A stretch of DNA of 64,000 bases from a virus (lineage: Duplodnaviria; Heunggongvirae; Uroviricota; Caudoviricetes), in IMG/VR virus record IMGVR_UViG_3300040801_002714, positions 20,436-84,435 of that record. One strand, given 5' to 3'. The translations under genes were made by a program, and so were the position numbers. How positions within the stretch are numbered: the stretch's first letter is position 1; the number at the start of each line of letters is the position of its first letter. The notes beneath the pieces are model-generated. The model ran no database searches, had not been told where the DNA came from, and saw nothing but the letters and a program-made list of their open reading frames with translations. This document shows positions 37,746 to 47,231 of this stretch, in pieces.

Positions 37746-38743
37746 TTTTTCATCTCCATTAACGCTGCTTTTAGTCTTTTTGTAGATTTTTCAGTGCCCG
37801 AAAGTACTTCGACCATAGCCTCTTGTTCAAGCCAGTCTTTAGTTTCCGGTAGCAACGATAGTGTTACTTTACGTGGGCGAACAATTCGGATAAATTCCTT
37901 GCTGCCCACGAACAATATCCATTGCTTTGCATTAAGCTTAGACGCTCTCATTTGGTCTATGGTAATCATGTTCATGAGCTCTGGCCTCTGTTTCATTAAA
38001 TTCCGAACTCCGCTTGCATTGCTAATGTTGCTGATGTTCTCTAAACACAACGGAGCAAAATAAGCAAAATCAAATTTAAGCAGGTGATGCCAGCCGTATT
38101 CGTCTACCTTGTTAAGCGGTAGATCAAACTTCTTGAAGAAACTAGGTTTTCTCGACGCAATTGTAAACATGGCCGATTTTGTCATTTTGTTGAAATCTAT
38201 ATGTTTCATCATTTTCTTTTGATGTGAAACAAACAGATCAGCTTTTAAGTGGACCGGCAATTTCGATGGATTGCACGACTCCTCAAATCTAGAAAAGTTG
38301 CTGCGAAGTAACAGAGCACGATCTTCTGCAGCCAGAGCCGCAATGTCAAAATACTGTGGTTCCTTTTTAAACAGTTCTAGCAGTGTGGGATAGTCCAGTG
38401 CTTTCCTTAGTGCTGCTTCTACAGGGTTGTGCTTTCTTTTTCTTATCATTTCGTCTATTCCCTCAGGCGTAATCCACGACTCAAGAGTAAGCGACCAATT
38501 CGACCAAGTCATAGAACGAGGGCGAATAAGAGGGGCCCCAGCCAATGCCAGATCTCTTACTAGGCCATTGTAGGAATGCTGCTTCCTTAGCTTGTGAATA
38601 AACGAAGTGAAAAGAATGGTTTCTCTTCTCTTCTGATTATTGCGAAAGCGAAGCGTAAATCCATGTAGCCAAGGATGGTACTTCGATCTCTCGATTATTG
38701 CAATAGCTAGGTGCTTGTCTTCGTCGGTAGTGTGTGTTTTCAT
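37742..38743 (-). CDS. hypothetical protein
   Basis: 333-aa ORF. Confidence 0.5.
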   Translation of the reverse strand: MKTHTTDEDKHLAIAIIERSKYHPWLHGFTLRFRNNQKRRETILFTSFIHKLRKQHSYNGLVRDLALAGAPLIRPRSMTWSNWSLTLESWITPEGIDEMIRKRKHNPVEAALRKALDYPTLLELFKKEPQYFDIAALAAEDRALLLRSNFSRFEESCNPSKLPVHLKADLFVSHQKKMMKHIDFNKMTKSAMFTIASRKPSFFKKFDLPLNKVDEYGWHHLLKFDFAYFAPLCLENISNISNASGVRNLMKQRPELMNMITIDQMRASKLNAKQWILFVGSKEFIRIVRPRKVTLSLLPETKDWLEQEAMVEVLSGTEKSTKRLKAALMEMKK

Positions 38744-38754
38744 TTTTATGTCAC

Positions 38755-38788
38755 TAAAAAAGGGCGAAACTTGTTAGTTCCGCCCTTT
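38755..38788 (-). terminator. rho-independent terminator after nadV
   Basis: AGGGCGAAAC-TTGTTA-GTTCCGCCCT; the minus strand then reads TTTTTT. Confidence 0.7.
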
Positions 38789-38819
38789 AGTATACTGGTT
38801 ACTAGCTAGCTGTCAACAG

Positions 38820-40313
38820 CTAAATAATTCCAGCGTTCTTTCGTACTTCATCCATGGTGGTCTCTTTGACCATCTCGCCGTTTTCGTACACGGTTTCGAG
38901 TGCATATTCCCAGCCGAACTTACTTACGTACTCTTGAGCAACTTCTGTGGTCATGGTTTCGTATGCACCGGTTTGAGTGTTATACATCAGCTCAAGTCGG
39001 CCCTTTTTGCTGGCCTTGAAGCTGCTGGCCTGCTCGTCCTTTTCCCAGGTATTGGGATCGTACACAGCAGGTGCCTTGAACACTTCAACCCAATCATCGC
39101 CGTCCAGTACTGCACAGCACTTGACCGCAAACTTCTGAGTGTCACGGTTGTTCTTTTGCAGAAGTCCACCGCCCATGCCGAACGCGATGTTCGAGATGCT
39201 CCACTTTTCGTCGACCAAGCTCATCACGATTGCGTAGACATCGTGGATGTCAATGCCATCGCCCTGGATCACGCGCACATTGTTCAGCACCTTGTAGCCT
39301 TTGCTGTTCACGGTGTGCCCAAACACCTTGTCCAGTTCGCGAACAACCTGCACCGGAGTAGCAATCGGATCGCCTGAGTCCGGACGGAATACCCAGGTTG
39401 CACCACTGTCTTCCAGACGCTGCTTGAACTTGGGTGCAATCTCGCGGATGAATCGCATCCAGTCGTAGCTGTCGATCACTGTTGCAAAAATTGCACCATC
39501 TTTTGCGTAAGCATCGAACATCTGTTCCAGCAGTTGAGGTTCGCCGTCCGGGCCGTGCATAGTAGTGGTGCTGTGCTCAGAAGCCGGAATGGAGAATGCG
39601 CTCATCTCGCAGTTGTATGCAAGGTTTGCTGCCAGCACCGCAATGGTAGTGTCACTGCCCAGGAAGCTGACCAGGTGACCTGCGCCAGCAAATGCAGCAC
39701 CTTCACTTGAAGAAATACCACGTGAGCCGAAGTCGTGTAGCTTGAACGGAATCTCCGCGTAAGGATCGTCTGCAGAACGACGCAGACCTTCCAGGATGAT
39801 TTCGCGGATCGCGTAGCTCTCTGTTGCCACAGTGGTCGGGCTCCACACACGAAGCAGCTTGGCCTCGAAGTAGCTCACGATGCTGAACACACGAGGATCG
39901 TCTACTGTGCTTTCGATTGTGAACAGCACATTCTTGACCGGAATGATGCTGCCTTCTTTTGCAGCGCGAACACGGATCGGCCATTTGCCGTCGTAGTCCT
40001 CAACCACAGCACGGAGCGCAATTTCCAGATCGTCAGTGACGTTCTCCATCAGGTGTGCTCGCTGGAACTGGATGATGTTGTCCACCTGCGGGTGTGTCAG
40101 GCGCTGCAAGAAAAATTCCTTGAGCAGCATCTGCATACCAAACCACAGAACGAAATCATGTTTTCCGCCTCGGCTCTCGCCGTAGGAGATCATGCGCTTC
40201 GCACCCTTGAGGTACTGCGGAATGTGGGTCAGTTTATAACTGTCAGTATCACCTGCGATACCGTAGTTTTCACGAATTGCGGCAAGAATGCCATTTGAGT
40301 TTACAGTTGTCAT
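38820..40313 (-). CDS. nadV: nicotinamide phosphoribosyltransferase (Nampt)
   Basis: 497 aa; N-terminal DTDSYKLTHIPQY and overall collinearity with Nampt; AGAGGAG RBS. Confidence 0.9.
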   Translation of the reverse strand: MTTVNSNGILAAIRENYGIAGDTDSYKLTHIPQYLKGAKRMISYGESRGGKHDFVLWFGMQMLLKEFFLQRLTHPQVDNIIQFQRAHLMENVTDDLEIALRAVVEDYDGKWPIRVRAAKEGSIIPVKNVLFTIESTVDDPRVFSIVSYFEAKLLRVWSPTTVATESYAIREIILEGLRRSADDPYAEIPFKLHDFGSRGISSSEGAAFAGAGHLVSFLGSDTTIAVLAANLAYNCEMSAFSIPASEHSTTTMHGPDGEPQLLEQMFDAYAKDGAIFATVIDSYDWMRFIREIAPKFKQRLEDSGATWVFRPDSGDPIATPVQVVRELDKVFGHTVNSKGYKVLNNVRVIQGDGIDIHDVYAIVMSLVDEKWSISNIAFGMGGGLLQKNNRDTQKFAVKCCAVLDGDDWVEVFKAPAVYDPNTWEKDEQASSFKASKKGRLELMYNTQTGAYETMTTEVAQEYVSKFGWEYALETVYENGEMVKETTMDEVRKNAGII

Positions 40314-40489
40314 AATAGAACTCCTCTATTGACGGTTATTTGCCGCCGGTCTATCCAGCGGACTTTTCTTTCTCTTGTGCAACAGTCAGTGCTCGTTCTG
40401 CACAGCCTATTGCATCACCAAATTCTTCGACCCAGTTTCTCTCCTTCTTTTCGGGTGGAGGACAGCATGGGCACGGTATGTATTCTTGT

Positions 40490-40939
40490 TCAGCCATAGT
40501 TGAATGACCAGTACAGTTCTTCTGTGAGAGCGATATCTTCTTCGCTCAGGTTTTCGCTAGCGAACTTTTCGATCGGGTCGAAATCGCTACCACTGGTGTG
40601 GTGCATGTCAAGGACGTTGCCAAGCTCGTAACCAGCGAAGCGGAACCAGTTACGTATGTCGTGAATTACCTGCGTCTGTGTGTCCAGGTCCTCGATCTCA
40701 TAGGAACTGTATCCTATTGCCATCGGGTCACCGCAGCACACATCGTGTATGCCATACTTCTCTTCGCTCTTCCGAATGAAGTCATCGAGATCTGGATCTT
40801 CGCCGTATGCTAGATCGCGTAGCCGAAGCGCTTCCTCGCGATTCTTGGCACCGATCGTAAAGCAAACAGTTCGCACGTTAATCTGTTCGCTGTCTTCCGA
40901 ATCGGAAGTGAACTCAAAGACGAAACCGAACTTATGCAT
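40490..40939 (-). CDS. hypothetical acidic protein
   Basis: The ORF track extends to 41008; the internal Met (MHKFGFVFEF) avoids a long overlap with alkB. Confidence 0.45.
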   Translation of the reverse strand: MHKFGFVFEFTSDSEDSEQINVRTVCFTIGAKNREEALRLRDLAYGEDPDLDDFIRKSEEKYGIHDVCCGDPMAIGYSSYEIEDLDTQTQVIHDIRNWFRFAGYELGNVLDMHHTSGSDFDPIEKFASENLSEEDIALTEELYWSFNYG

Positions 40940-41552
40940 CGTGTGCCTCCATGTTAACACCGACGTTGTAGTGGTAGTAATTTTTGCTGCCTGCAATATT
41001 CTGCGCATTGCGGAAAGTTAGGTTGATGCGCGGATCAACTGCCTTTGCAGTTTTGGGTACATGGTGTTCCCAATCCGCCTGGCACCGACCGTGCATGACT
41101 AACAGGTCACCGTGGCCCAGTTGAAATTCTTGCTTCTCGCGTGTTTCCTTGTTGCGAAGCAGGAAGCGTCGTTCGCCGCCTAGGCTGATGCTAGCAATTG
41201 TGGGCTCTGGACCCAGAAACTTTTCATCATCGGAATGCCAGCTGATGCTGTCGCGACCATCGCGGTAGTAGCTCATCAGTACATAGTTGAATGCTGCGCT
41301 GATCTGCTCCGTGACTGAGTCCATAAGCTCTTGCAGGTAGTCCGGGATAGCGCGAGGATCAACTCCGCTCACTGTCTCAGGATTGTCGTCGTGGTAACCG
41401 TAGCAGTTAGTTAGCCTGGGCGTGAACACAGTGCCCCATGGCTTCTGATAACGAACATGGTTCCAGGGAGTATCGTGCTTGAGCAAGCGGAACAGACGAG
41501 TTGCTGCTTCGCTCTGGATAAATCCTGGTATGTAAGTTACAATATCCTGCAT
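40932..41552 (-). CDS. alkB: AlkB-family 2OG-Fe(II) dioxygenase
   Basis: WHSDDE; IASISLG; LGHGDLLVMHG..Q..WEHHVPK; RINLTFR; all collinear with E. coli AlkB. Confidence 0.85.
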   Translation of the reverse strand: MQDIVTYIPGFIQSEAATRLFRLLKHDTPWNHVRYQKPWGTVFTPRLTNCYGYHDDNPETVSGVDPRAIPDYLQELMDSVTEQISAAFNYVLMSYYRDGRDSISWHSDDEKFLGPEPTIASISLGGERRFLLRNKETREKQEFQLGHGDLLVMHGRCQADWEHHVPKTAKAVDPRINLTFRNAQNIAGSKNYYHYNVGVNMEAHDA

Positions 41553-41557
41553 GGCTC

Positions 41558-42223
41558 TTACCGCTTTGATCTTACCTCTATTGTAGCATCTGGAGAATAT
41601 TCAGTCAAGAACTCTGTGGCCTCTGCAGGCACCTTAAACTCCAGGCCCGGACGGACATTGGGGATATGGTTCTCTCTCCAACCTCCACGATCACGGTGCA
41701 CCGTGTAATCCTTGCTTGCACAGATTTCAACAAATCGGTCCAGCTCTTCCGACGAGCTGACCGGAATGAAATACTCGTACTTCAATGCAGGCTCACTGGC
41801 ACGAACAAAAGTCGGCGTGTCTTCCGGTACACGAACATCATGTATGCCAGACTCTTTCTGCAGACTGGCCAGACGATGAATGTTGGTGTGCGGGTTGTAT
41901 ACGTCAATACCATCGAATTTGAACTTTTCGTCTAGTTCATGACCTGCTGCTGCCTGGGCAGCTTTGTAGGCAGTGCGGATCACCTCGGTATCGGTCATCG
42001 TAACCTGGAGCGGCCACAGTCGGCAGTACTGCCTTGTCATCTCGCCGATGCCACAGTCGAGAGGATCAGCTTCGTTGTCTTCCGCATCGAACTGAATCTG
42101 TAACGCGAAGTCACCGTTGCGTTCACGTATCACAAATTCGAATGGCTCTTCGAAAATGTGGCACTCGACTCTGCTCAGTAGATTGCGAAAAGTCTCTTCC
42201 GTTTGCAGTATCTTGTCAGTCAT
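41558..42223 (-). CDS. hypothetical protein
   Basis: The ORF track start at 42328 adds 35 low-complexity residues; the internal Met (MTDKILQ) is likelier. Confidence 0.45.
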   Translation of the reverse strand: MTDKILQTEETFRNLLSRVECHIFEEPFEFVIRERNGDFALQIQFDAEDNEADPLDCGIGEMTRQYCRLWPLQVTMTDTEVIRTAYKAAQAAAGHELDEKFKFDGIDVYNPHTNIHRLASLQKESGIHDVRVPEDTPTFVRASEPALKYEYFIPVSSSEELDRFVEICASKDYTVHRDRGGWRENHIPNVRPGLEFKVPAEATEFLTEYSPDATIEVRSKR

Positions 42224-42650
42224 ACTCGACCTCTTCTCGCTCGCAGAGCTCCTGGTAAATTTCTTCGGTGGTCTTGTTCTTGCTGTCGGGGACCAAGTTA
42301 CCGAGTTCGGCCGCTTCGAGGAAATCAAAACCCAATTCCTTCAGTTCCGGAATTGCCTTGCACTGGAATGCAAGATTCAGGTGCGTCTTTTCGCACAGGT
42401 CGTTTTCAATTGCCCGATCGAACGTGCCCGAAGAATGCATCATCGACAGGAACGCCAGTACGCCAGGCCACAGTTCGTCGGTAACTGCTTCCTTGTTGTA
42501 CACGAGCTCGACAGCGCCATCAGCTTTCCTGAGGTTGGCCAGCTGTACTTCGTCGTTCTGGTCAGGTACGTACACAAACTCCCAAAGGTTATCAAACCGC
42601 CCAGGGAATTTTTCAGTTACAGCTTCGATGTGATCTACGATTGCAGTCAT
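42216..42650 (-). CDS. hypothetical protein
   Basis: The internal Met (MTAIVDHIE) is likelier than the ORF-track start at 42872. Confidence 0.45.
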   Translation of the reverse strand: MTAIVDHIEAVTEKFPGRFDNLWEFVYVPDQNDEVQLANLRKADGAVELVYNKEAVTDELWPGVLAFLSMMHSSGTFDRAIENDLCEKTHLNLAFQCKAIPELKELGFDFLEAAELGNLVPDSKNKTTEEIYQELCEREEVEYD

Positions 42651-42663
42651 TGTGTACCTCCTA

Positions 42664-43200
42664 TCAGTACTGTTCTGCAGGGTGAACTGATTCAAGTAAG
42701 CGAATATGCAGAGCGTATGCTTCTGCAAGTTTAATCGAAAGACGACTCTTGATCTTGAAGTCCGGATCCGGACACTTGAGGATCTGCAGGTTAATGCAGT
42801 CCTCGCCCCAGCCACCATTGCGAACATACAGCTTGGATACAGAGAACTGTGTGTTTGCAGGGATGGTGACATCGAAGCTGGCGCGATCTCGGTAATTAAG
42901 CTGATCGCCGTTCGGGTAAAAATAAGTCTCGTCGTAGCCGTTCAATGGAACCGGCTCCCACGCCTCCTCGGGAAGATCGACGCCTTTTGCCGGGTGAATG
43001 CCTGCATACTGTGGCTTCAGTTTTGCGCCCATGCGCTGCTTCTTTACCACATTAATCAGGCCCTTGGCAACAATCACATGCTGGTTACCAGCAGTAGCGG
43101 GCCAATCCCAGAACAGCTTCACTGTGCAATCCTGGGTGGTCTCGAACTTCAGGTTGCAGTGAGGGATAAACAGCCTGGTTTCAAATCCTTTCTTAAACAT
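42664..43200 (-). CDS. hypothetical protein
   Basis: 178-aa ORF. Confidence 0.5.
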   Translation of the reverse strand: MFKKGFETRLFIPHCNLKFETTQDCTVKLFWDWPATAGNQHVIVAKGLINVVKKQRMGAKLKPQYAGIHPAKGVDLPEEAWEPVPLNGYDETYFYPNGDQLNYRDRASFDVTIPANTQFSVSKLYVRNGGWGEDCINLQILKCPDPDFKIKSRLSIKLAEAYALHIRLLESVHPAEQY

Positions 43201-43535
43201 TACTTGCCCATCCTCTTCAAAAATTCTTCGACATCGGAGCGGCGTATTGTGATACGCTCGACTTCAACACTGTTGCCAGACTTGAATTTGTCTAGCACGA
43301 GATCTGCCAGGTCAAACATCACGTCTGCATTTTCGTCCCAAACACGACGTGAAGAATCAATTGCACTTTTGCGCTGACTGAATTTCTCTTGTGCATACAC
43401 TTTAAGTTCAAGTGCTCGTGCCACTTTAGATTCAGCTCGCTGCATTAGAGTGCTGATTAGAACAGACGCCAACTCGGTGGAATCTTCGGTGTCCATGTTA
43501 GCAATCATCTTCTGAAACTCTCGATTCTTGCTCAT
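43200..43535 (-). CDS. hypothetical protein
   Basis: 111-aa ORF. Confidence 0.45.
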   Translation of the reverse strand: MSKNREFQKMIANMDTEDSTELASVLISTLMQRAESKVARALELKVYAQEKFSQRKSAIDSSRRVWDENADVMFDLADLVLDKFKSGNSVEVERITIRRSDVEEFLKRMGK

Positions 43536-43538
43536 TGC

Positions 43539-43724
43539 TTAGCCTCCGGTGACGTCCAAAAATTTGCCACATTTGGGGCAGTGCAGGCTACGAAAGGCTT
43601 TTGCTCTTTCGTTAACAACCGCCTTGCACAATTTGTCAGGGCTCTTTTTGCAGCCAGGCATAATGACTTTGAGTCTGCCTCCGGGTGCGCCAAGTCGTGT
43701 GCGAACCATGTTTCGTGAGTTCAT
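43539..43724 (-). CDS. small zinc-ribbon protein
   Basis: CKKSPDKLC...CPKCGKF; 61 aa. Confidence 0.4.
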   Translation of the reverse strand: MNSRNMVRTRLGAPGGRLKVIMPGCKKSPDKLCKAVVNERAKAFRSLHCPKCGKFLDVTGG

Positions 43725-44800
43725 TACTTTGCCCTCGCTGTCAACATGGATATTATACTGTGGTGATCTTCAAAAATCAACTCCGGCATATCCAGTGCAG
43801 TACTGATTGGGAACCACTTAGCTTCGGCTGCATCATCTGCACCTTTGACCACAGGCAGCTTGCCGTCGTCGGGTCCAGGCAGTTCAATGAGGAATGCTTG
43901 CGTGATTGTTCTACCACGCAGGCTTCTGTTGGGATGATCAAACACCTGGCTGTGAGTGATGTTTGCGTCTAGGACCTTGGGCGGAACTTTCAGCTTGGTC
44001 TCTTCGCGCAGCTCGCGCAAGCAACTCACACGCCCAGTTTCGTTCGGGTCAATGTAACCACCAGGCAGTGCCCACAGACCTTTGCCCGGCGCAGCCTTGC
44101 GTCGAATCAGCAACACATGACCGCCTTGCAGGACAACGGCGTCTACAGTATTCAGCGTGACAGGGTAAGGACTGTCTTTCCACTGTTCTTGATACTTGCG
44201 TATGAACTGATACTCTTCGACAATTCGTTTCCACTCGCCAGTGTCGTATCTATTCTCCAAGATCCAGTCAAACACTACCCTGGGCATTACACTGCGCACA
44301 AACGTGATCTTGTTTTCAAACATCAGCTGGCGAATCTGGGTAGCGTCGATCGGGTGCTCGCCCACTTCGATGAACTTGCCCGAGTCCAGAAAATCGTAGC
44401 TCGGAAACCAACGAAGGTAAAACGTGCTTTCGTCCTTTTCGTGCCCGACGATAACAACACTGTCCTCTAGGTTGTTGAAACCTACACAACGAGTGATTGC
44501 AGTTTGTACCTGGGTGACCCACTTGTTGTCTTCGTAGAGAAAGTCACGAGCAGGGCGGATGTGAAGGCCCAAATTCGGATTGAACCTGTCCATGTGATCA
44601 CGAACAGCGATCTCAATCATCTGCTTGCGTTCATCAAACGTAAATGGATTCTTTGGGGTGCGTGGTTGATCTGCGGATCCTACCAGTACCAAGACTTCGT
44701 CTGCTTGGCTGTAGGCTTTTTCGATCAAGGACATGTGTCCTAGGTGGAAAGGCTGGAATCGTCCAATAACGACCGCCAGACTGTATGGCTTTTGCGACAT
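43724..44800 (-). CDS. nadM: bifunctional NMN adenylyltransferase/Nudix hydrolase (NadM/NatV-like)
   Basis: N-terminal VIGRFQPFHLGH (archaeal-type NMNAT HxGH); C-terminal Nudix box GLWALPGGYIDPNETGRVSCLRELREETKL. Confidence 0.9.
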   Translation of the reverse strand: MSQKPYSLAVVIGRFQPFHLGHMSLIEKAYSQADEVLVLVGSADQPRTPKNPFTFDERKQMIEIAVRDHMDRFNPNLGLHIRPARDFLYEDNKWVTQVQTAITRCVGFNNLEDSVVIVGHEKDESTFYLRWFPSYDFLDSGKFIEVGEHPIDATQIRQLMFENKITFVRSVMPRVVFDWILENRYDTGEWKRIVEEYQFIRKYQEQWKDSPYPVTLNTVDAVVLQGGHVLLIRRKAAPGKGLWALPGGYIDPNETGRVSCLRELREETKLKVPPKVLDANITHSQVFDHPNRSLRGRTITQAFLIELPGPDDGKLPVVKGADDAAEAKWFPISTALDMPELIFEDHHSIISMLTARAK

Positions 44801-44869
44801 AATCGAACTCCTCGATTAAATTTGTAGTGAGCTGGTCTATCCTGCTCAACTGTATTTAGCTTGTGTGTA

Positions 44870-44899
44870 ATAGTAGCACACAAATTTTCGGTTTGTCAA
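44870..44899 (-). promoter_or_regulatory. sigma70-like promoter TTGACA-N18-TACTAT
   Basis: Reverse complement of 44870-44899, upstream of the nadM ATG at 44800. Confidence 0.45.
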
Positions 44900-45144
44900 C
44901 TGCGTGATTTGAGCTTTGCAATCAATGCAGTAGCTGGATCAATTTTAAAGGTGTTGTAGGATTGGTGCATACTTGCGCCTGTGCGGAGAAACCCTGATTG
45001 GCCGACCGGATGAACCCAAGCTACGTCGTCTTCTGCACTTCTTACCTGACCGAGTCGGAGATCATTTGTTAGACCGTCGATGTAGATAACATAGTCGCCC
45101 TCCTCGAGCAGATTGCCTGCTAGGTCTCTTGCTTCTTCGATCAA
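44896..45144 (-). CDS. paralog family B member 1, hypothetical
   Basis: LEEGDYVIYI...LGQV...ATALIAKL pattern shared with the next three genes. Confidence 0.5.
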   Translation of the reverse strand: MIEEARDLAGNLLEEGDYVIYIDGLTNDLRLGQVRSAEDDVAWVHPVGQSGFLRTGASMHQSYNTFKIDPATALIAKLKSRS

Positions 45145-45158
45145 GGGTTAATAGTCCT

Positions 45159-45422
45159 TTATTTTCGGTTGCACAGTCGAGCAACCAGTGCATCTTGTTC
45201 GGAAATATACACAGCATCATGGGGATAAAATGGCTGAACAACAGACATGCTTACGGCTGGGTTTTGAATTTCTACCTCGATGATTCCTGTCTTTTCGTCT
45301 GGATCAGTAAGTATTTTTCCTATGGTGAGCATAGGATCATCTTTGTCTGTCCATCTTGAATTACGTCTTGCGACGGCAACCCAGTTCCCGACAGCGAGTG
45401 GCCGGCCAGCAATATCCTTCAT
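45159..45422 (-). CDS. paralog family B member 2
   Basis: VGNWVAV...IGKI...DALVARL. Confidence 0.5.
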   Translation of the reverse strand: MKDIAGRPLAVGNWVAVARRNSRWTDKDDPMLTIGKILTDPDEKTGIIEVEIQNPAVSMSVVQPFYPHDAVYISEQDALVARLCNRK

Positions 45423-45709
45423 CTGGTTTTCCTCAAGAGATATGCAGTAATTGCTTCATCTGCATTGTGCAGTTTCACGACCTGTCTCGGATAACGAAGT
45501 GTGCTAGCACCCATGCCCGTGGGACGCTCAAGCCACTCTATTCGAATTTTCTTTTCGCTGATACGTATGATTTTACCTACCGCAAGGTCACCGTACTTTC
45601 CGAGGTTAGAGACTACCCAATCCCCTTCTTCGAGGATTTGCTCGATTAAATCTCTTTTCGGTTCAGACATTGGAACCTGCCAGTATTTTTGCAGTAAGGA
45701 GAGCACCAT
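45419..45709 (-). CDS. paralog family B member 3
   Basis: EEGDWVVS...VGKI...EAITAYL. Confidence 0.5.
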   Translation of the reverse strand: MVLSLLQKYWQVPMSEPKRDLIEQILEEGDWVVSNLGKYGDLAVGKIIRISEKKIRIEWLERPTGMGASTLRYPRQVVKLHNADEAITAYLLRKTR

Positions 45710-45941
45710 GTTGCATCTCCAGTGTATGTACTAGATCTCCGGTAATTTTTAAAATTTCTGCATGGCTCCACCACATCGATGTTTCTCTCGGAGATTCTAG
45801 AAAATAAGCCTTTACGCACTCACTGCTTTTTGATATTTTCCTTACCTTCCCAAAGAGGAAAGTATTTTCAAATCGCGTACTCGCCGAAACAACTGTAATC
45901 CAGTTTCCTATTTCGACTTTTTGTTCGCAGCAGTCTTTCAT
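45663..45941 (-). CDS. paralog family B member 4
   Basis: IGNWITVV...FGKV...GALLTAKI. Confidence 0.5.
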   Translation of the reverse strand: MKDCCEQKVEIGNWITVVSASTRFENTFLFGKVRKISKSSECVKAYFLESPRETSMWWSHAEILKITGDLVHTLEMQHGALLTAKILAGSNV

Positions 45942-46165
45942 TTACTTTCGGCTGCTTCCTTGTATCTTTTTCTGTCGGAGTCTTGCAGTGAAAGTCTGCG
46001 GTGAGTGTCGAGTACATTAGACATCAGACTCGATACTGCTAGCTCTACAAGAGGCCGGCGAACACAGCCGTTTGCAAACGTCCCGTCGGCTTTCGGAAAA
46101 CGAGCAACGGTGTCTTCCATTTCGGTCTCGGATGTTACGCCGTCAATAGTTACAGAAATCTTCAT
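45938..46165 (-). CDS. hypothetical protein
   Basis: 75-aa ORF. Confidence 0.4.
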   Translation of the reverse strand: MKISVTIDGVTSETEMEDTVARFPKADGTFANGCVRRPLVELAVSSLMSNVLDTHRRLSLQDSDRKRYKEAAESK

Positions 46166-46174
46166 AAGTTCACC

Positions 46175-46582
46175 TCATTTTTCGATGCTACAGGTCCAGC
46201 CTTCTTTTTCAAGATCACTGAACCCTTTGGGTTGTTCGGTATCCCACTCAGTGCTGAATAAAAATCGATCTTGCCAGCCGGAAGTAGATCCTCCGCCCTG
46301 ATCGGCTTTGATCCATTTAGACAGCTCTGGATGATTAGAAACAAATTCTCGTACTGCACCTTCGATGCCGGTGTCAGTATAACAAAGACCAAACTGGCCA
46401 GCGTCGCGGTCATGGTACCAGCTGATTTCTGCTGACCATTCTTCGCCGTCATATCGGCGGATTTCTACATCGACTGTATGAAAAGTGACTTCTGTGCCTT
46501 CTTTCATATCCCAGTGCCCGTCGCCCTTGGCAACAGCAGTGAAGTCCACATAAAAAGTTTTAATTGCAGATTCGACAAACAT
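46175..46582 (-). CDS. hypothetical protein
   Basis: 135 aa; no SD at the first ATG, so the start may be the internal Met. Confidence 0.45.
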   Translation of the reverse strand: MFVESAIKTFYVDFTAVAKGDGHWDMKEGTEVTFHTVDVEIRRYDGEEWSAEISWYHDRDAGQFGLCYTDTGIEGAVREFVSNHPELSKWIKADQGGGSTSGWQDRFLFSTEWDTEQPKGFSDLEKEGWTCSIEK

Positions 46583-46621
46583 AAAAAAGCCCTCGCGTAT
46601 TGTGATATTACAACGAGGGCT
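46583..46621 (-). terminator. rho-independent terminator after the lipoprotein gene
   Basis: AGCCCTCG followed by an 18-nt loop then CGAGGGCT; the minus strand then reads TTTTTT. Confidence 0.6.
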
Positions 46622-46640
46622 GAGTTATGTCAAGATGAAG

Positions 46641-47168
46641 TTATTGCTGTGCTTTGTCCTTCTCAGCTTCAACAATATTGTCAGCAGTGATACGATCTGC
46701 TTTTTCTTGTGCTTCTTTCTTCGCAGCTTCTGCTTCTTTCTTTGCAGCTTCTAGCGCACGGCGCTCTGCTTTACGAGCTTCTAGGGCAGCTTCTGGGCAA
46801 CCGTAGTCAGACCATTCAGTTGGGCACTCACCTGGCTCCCATCCTGTGTCCTTCAAGAACTCAGTGTTAATTGGTGGAAGATCTTCGAAGATATCTGCGT
46901 CCCAATCAACTGTGAATGTGCCTGGGCAGTGTAGCCAGAATACAAAAGCTTCGGATCCGTCTTCGTTGTAGCCTCTCTGCCATAGGTCGCGCGACAGTTC
47001 TTGGATTTCCTGTTCACGGATGGTCTCTGGTAGTAGGCAGTAGACGCCCAGTGTAGCGTGAAGACCGTTGAATACGTTTGCTTCAGCAGTCTTTGTTACC
47101 TGGTGCGCATTCTTGCATCCAGTCAAAAGCACAAGACTGAAAATTGCTATGAATGATAGATATTTCAT
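46641..47168 (-). CDS. lipoprotein with Ala/Lys/Glu-rich C-terminus
   Basis: MKYLSFIAIFSLVLLTGC with lipobox LLTGC; 175 aa; late motif upstream. Confidence 0.6.
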   Translation of the reverse strand: MKYLSFIAIFSLVLLTGCKNAHQVTKTAEANVFNGLHATLGVYCLLPETIREQEIQELSRDLWQRGYNEDGSEAFVFWLHCPGTFTVDWDADIFEDLPPINTEFLKDTGWEPGECPTEWSDYGCPEAALEARKAERRALEAAKKEAEAAKKEAQEKADRITADNIVEAEKDKAQQ

Positions 47169-47208
47169 GAAATTTCTCCAAAGTAGAGTAAAGTGTTATA
47201 ACAGCAAC

Positions 47209-47216
47209 TATTTATC
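47209..47216 (-). promoter_or_regulatory. late-promoter-like motif GATAAATAGTTG
   Basis: 41 nt upstream of the ATG at 47168. Confidence 0.4.
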
Positions 47217-47231
47217 TCTACTTGGAAATTT

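Noticed and set aside
40351-40497. Unannotated 48-codon Cys-rich ORF (MAEQEYIPCPCCPPPEKKE...) in the 176-nt gap upstream of nadV.
   Set aside because: Too short and without a clear RBS to call as a gene; the sequence may be only the nadV leader and promoter region.
41558-42872. N-terminal extensions of several ORF-track entries (41558-42328, 42216-42872, 32768-33415, 40490-41008, 56069-56488).
   Set aside because: The extensions are low-complexity and overlap the upstream gene in another frame; internal Met starts with tight spacing were preferred.
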